Below are positions 61,040 to 64,000 of a stretch of 64,000 nucleotides of DNA, one piece after another. Made by a program: the position numbers and the translations under genes. Position 1 is the first letter of the stretch. Each line of letters opens with the position of its first letter. The notes under the pieces were generated by a model. The model was not told the DNA's origin and did not search any database. It worked only from the letters and a program-made list of their open reading frames with translations. Origin of the DNA: an uncultured Phycisphaerales bacterium (GTDB taxonomy: Bacteria > Planctomycetota > Phycisphaerae > Tepidisphaerales > Tepidisphaeraceae); the NCBI GenBank assembly GCA_963758525.1, contig CAVWVQ010000003.1:4288001-4352000 (forward strand), read 5' to 3'.

Positions 61040-63519
61040 TCACACCGTCATTCCCGCCGCCTCGTCGCTTTGCTGCGACGCCTTCATCTGCTCCCACTGT
61101 TCCAGCGTGATGTTGCACTCGCGGGCCTGCGAGCCCTTGTATTCCCCGAGGATTCCTGCGATCGCCATTTGCTCGATGAGACGAGACGAGCGGCTGTAAC
61201 CAATCGTCAGCCGGCGCTGCAGCAGACTGACGCTGCCGCGTTTAGTCTCCAGGACGATGCGGACGGCATCGTCGAACAACTCGTCCTTCTCCATGTCTGC
61301 GCCGCCGCCGGGCATCGCCCTGATCTGTACCAGCTCGGGCTCGTATTGCGCGTCTGCCAGGCTGCGCACCAGCTTGACGCTCTCGCGAATTTCCTTGTCG
61401 TCAATAAACGTTCCCTGCGATCGGATCGGTTTGCTCGCTCCCGGCGGCAGGAAGAGCATGTCGCCCTGGCCGAGCAGCAACTCGCCGCCGTTCTGGTCGA
61501 TCACGATGCGGCTGTCCATCTTGGTGTTTACGCGAAATGCAATCTTCGACGGCATGTTGGATTTGATCAGGCCGGTGACCACTGTGGCCTGCGGGCGTTG
61601 GGTTGCGACGATGAGATGAATTCCGACTGCTCGCGCTTTTGCGCGAGGCGAACGATGAAGCTTTCGACTTCCTTGCCGGACGTCATCATCAAGTCGGCCA
61701 GCTCGTCGATGATGATCACGATATACGGCAAGTGTTTGGGGATCTTCGCCTCTTCCTCTGGGGTGCTGGGATTGAATCGCTCGACCAGCTCCTCCCGCGT
61801 GAGGCGGTTGTAGCCGGCGAGATTGCGCACGCCCGCCTCCGCGAGCACCTCGTACCGCTCGTCCATCTTCTCGCAAGCCCATTCCAGCACGCTCGTCGCC
61901 CGGCCCGTGTCGTTGATTACAGGGCACATGAGGTGCGGAATATCCTTGAACGGCGCCATTTCCACGACCTTGGGGTCGATGAGAATCAACTTCACCATGT
62001 CCGGCCGCTGCTTATAGATGATGGACATGATGATGGTGTTGATGCAGACGGACTTGCCGGACCCGGTGGTGCCCGCGATCAGGCAGTGGGGCATCGCAGC
62101 CAGATCCGTCACCAGCGGCTCGCCGCTGGCGTCTTTGCCGAGAAACAGCGGGATGGTCTGCTTGGCGGTGGCGTCCGGCGCGAGCTGCATCAGCTCCTTG
62201 AGGCGGACTTTTTCTTTCTGCGCGTTGGGCACTTCAATGCCGACGGTATTCTTTCCCGGCACCGGTGCGACGATGCGCACGGCCACCGCCATCAGCGAGC
62301 GGGCAATGTCGTTCGACAGCGCGGTGATCGAGGAGACTTTGACGCCTGGCGCCAGGGCCAGCTCGTACATGGTGATGACCGGGCCGGTATCGATCTCAAC
62401 GACGTGTGCGTCGATGGAGAATTCCGTCAGCGCCTGCTCGAGCACGGCGGCCTTTTCGCGGACAAATTGCTCCTGCGACTCGGCATAGCCGTGCTCGGCA
62501 TCGTCGAGCAGCGTCCAGTCGGGCAGGTTGTACTCGCCCAGTTCCTTCGGCGCCGGCGGCGGGGGGGACGTCTGTCGCGGTTTGAGCGTGTTGGGAAGCT
62601 TGACGATGATGTCGGCCTTGGGCGCGGGCGGCGGCGCGATTGCCTCGGTGATAACGGTCTCTTCATTTGCCGCTGCTTCCGAGGGAGCCGGATCGGACGC
62701 GTCCGCGTGCGCGGCTTCATCTGCCGCCGCGGATTCGTCGTCGTAACTGAGATCGATCAAATCCTCGTCTTGCGGCTCCCGCGCGACCGGCTCCCGCGTG
62801 AGCAGCACCGGCGGCTTCAGCGGCGCGTCATCCTCATCTTCCCGGGCCAGATTGCGCGGCGCGGGCTTCCTCTTGGGAGCCGCGGCATCCCTGGTCACAA
62901 ATTTCGGCAATGAAGGGAGCCGCGGGATGGTGACGAAATTCCAGTGAATGTTTGGGCGGTGCTTCTTCACCTGCTCGATCGCGGTGCCGACCATCGCGGG
63001 TGTGCGCAGGACCAGATCGTCTGCCGCCAGCAGCAGGCCGACGAGCATGGTGGTTGCCAGGATCAGGCGCGTGCCGGCGGTGCTGAAATAATGCTGCAGA
63101 AAGTGTGATGCGCTGATGCCGATGATTCCGCCCTGTCCTTCGGGGAAACCGTCGTAGGAGCCGGGCTTGAAGTGATGGATCGCGGACGCAAAGGCGACGG
63201 AAAGCAGCAGCAGCCCGATCGACCGCATCCACAAATCGCCGACGGCGTTGCGGAACGCGTGCAGCACAACGCACACGCCGCTGAAGAAGAGGATGGGGAA
63301 GATTCCCTGCCCGATGAACAGATACAGGTAGTAGGCGATAAATGCGCCCGCCACGCCGCAGAGGTTGCGCGTGGGGGGGTTGGGATCGACGGCATGGCTG
63401 GGCCAGTCGGTCGGGTGGAAGCTCCCCAAAGCGAGCAGCATGAAGATCCAGCCGCCGACGGCCAGATACATCGAGACGTTGCGAAGGCGATTGCGATCCG
63501 GTTCGAAATTTTCACGCAT
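61040..63519 (-). CDS. ftsK: DNA translocase FtsK (frameshift near 61640)
   Basis: 4TM domain, PH.LIAGTTGSGKS, IIDELADLM, ATQRP, LLGQGDML, gamma domain LLQRRL.IGY. Confidence 0.95.
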
Positions 63520-63530
63520 AGAAGATCTTC

Positions 63531-63983
63531 TCAGTGTCCCGTGTGACCGAATCCGCCTGCGCCGCGGTCTGTCGCTCCAAGCTCATCCGCCTCGACGATC
63601 TCGATCATCGGAAGCTGCGCGATCACCATCTGGGCGATCCGCATTCCCCGCTCGACGGCAAACGCCGCGCGTCCGAGATTGATCAGCGGCACCTGCACTT
63701 CGCCGCGATAGTCGGAGTCGATCGTGCCGGGGCTGTTCACCATCGTGATCCCATGACGCGATGCCAAACCGCTTCGCGGCCGAATTTGCGCCTCGTATCC
63801 GTGCGGCACCGCCATCGCGAAGCCGCAGGGAATCAATCGGATGTCGCCCGGCTCGAGCATGACCCGCTCCCGCACGGCCGCCGCCAAATCAAATCCCGCC
63901 GCATGCGCCGACATCTTGGCCGGGAGCGGAAGCCCCTCAGACCCTGCCAAACGCTTTACTTGAATCGTTATCGGCCTTTGCAT
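63531..63983 (-). CDS. dut: dUTP diphosphatase
   Basis: AGFDL, RPRSGLA, GTIDSDYRGE, RIAQ, RGAGGFGHTG. Confidence 0.97.
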   Translation of the reverse strand: MQRPITIQVKRLAGSEGLPLPAKMSAHAAGFDLAAAVRERVMLEPGDIRLIPCGFAMAVPHGYEAQIRPRSGLASRHGITMVNSPGTIDSDYRGEVQVPLINLGRAAFAVERGMRIAQMVIAQLPMIEIVEADELGATDRGAGGFGHTGH

Positions 63984-64000
63984 GCTCGAATCTCCTGTCA

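Noticed and set aside
40801..62913. Long antisense ORFs (e.g. 40801..42045, 61639..62913)
   Set aside because: Shadow frames of real genes, expected in high-GC DNA.
1..63519. Programmed frameshifts or mass pseudogenisation (flgL, radical SAM, udgX, GH42, FG-GAP, DUF4139, ftsK)
   Set aside because: Scattered single-base shifts even in ftsK with otherwise intact motifs point to sequencing or assembly indels.

Overview
GC-rich bacterial chromosome, most likely a planctomycete (Phycisphaerae-like: LEPR-XLL, PEP-CTERM and prepilin/DUF1559-type proteins). The window holds, in order: (i) a flagellar flgL-fliW-csrA-fliC locus and a second flagellin, with many GGA (CsrA-type) hairpins in the leaders; (ii) a scrambled accessory zone (about 4.4-13.9 kb) with two copies of a 757-bp HUH/Y1 (RAYT-like) transposase element bounded by perfect 21-bp terminal inverted repeats, an ISAzo13 fragment, nested repeat arrays and Rhs toxin/immunity remnants; (iii) the main finding, a 10,800-bp integrated element (16928-27749) bounded by a 22-bp direct repeat. 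It encodes a divergent tyrosine integrase and an 887-aa family B DNA polymerase with piPolB-like motifs, has no recognisable capsid, primase or helicase, and sits in the terminator of an apparent unannotated sigma54-type small RNA rather than a tRNA; (iv) core and metabolic genes: hldD, radical SAM plus DUF4130-UdgX, tmRNA followed by a GIY-YIG repeat element, GH57, a XylR-linked carbohydrate cluster, DUF4139 pair, galM, der, a TA pair, ftsK and dut. Many single-base frameshifts, including in ftsK, look like assembly indels. All family assignments come from motif recognition by eye, not from database searches.
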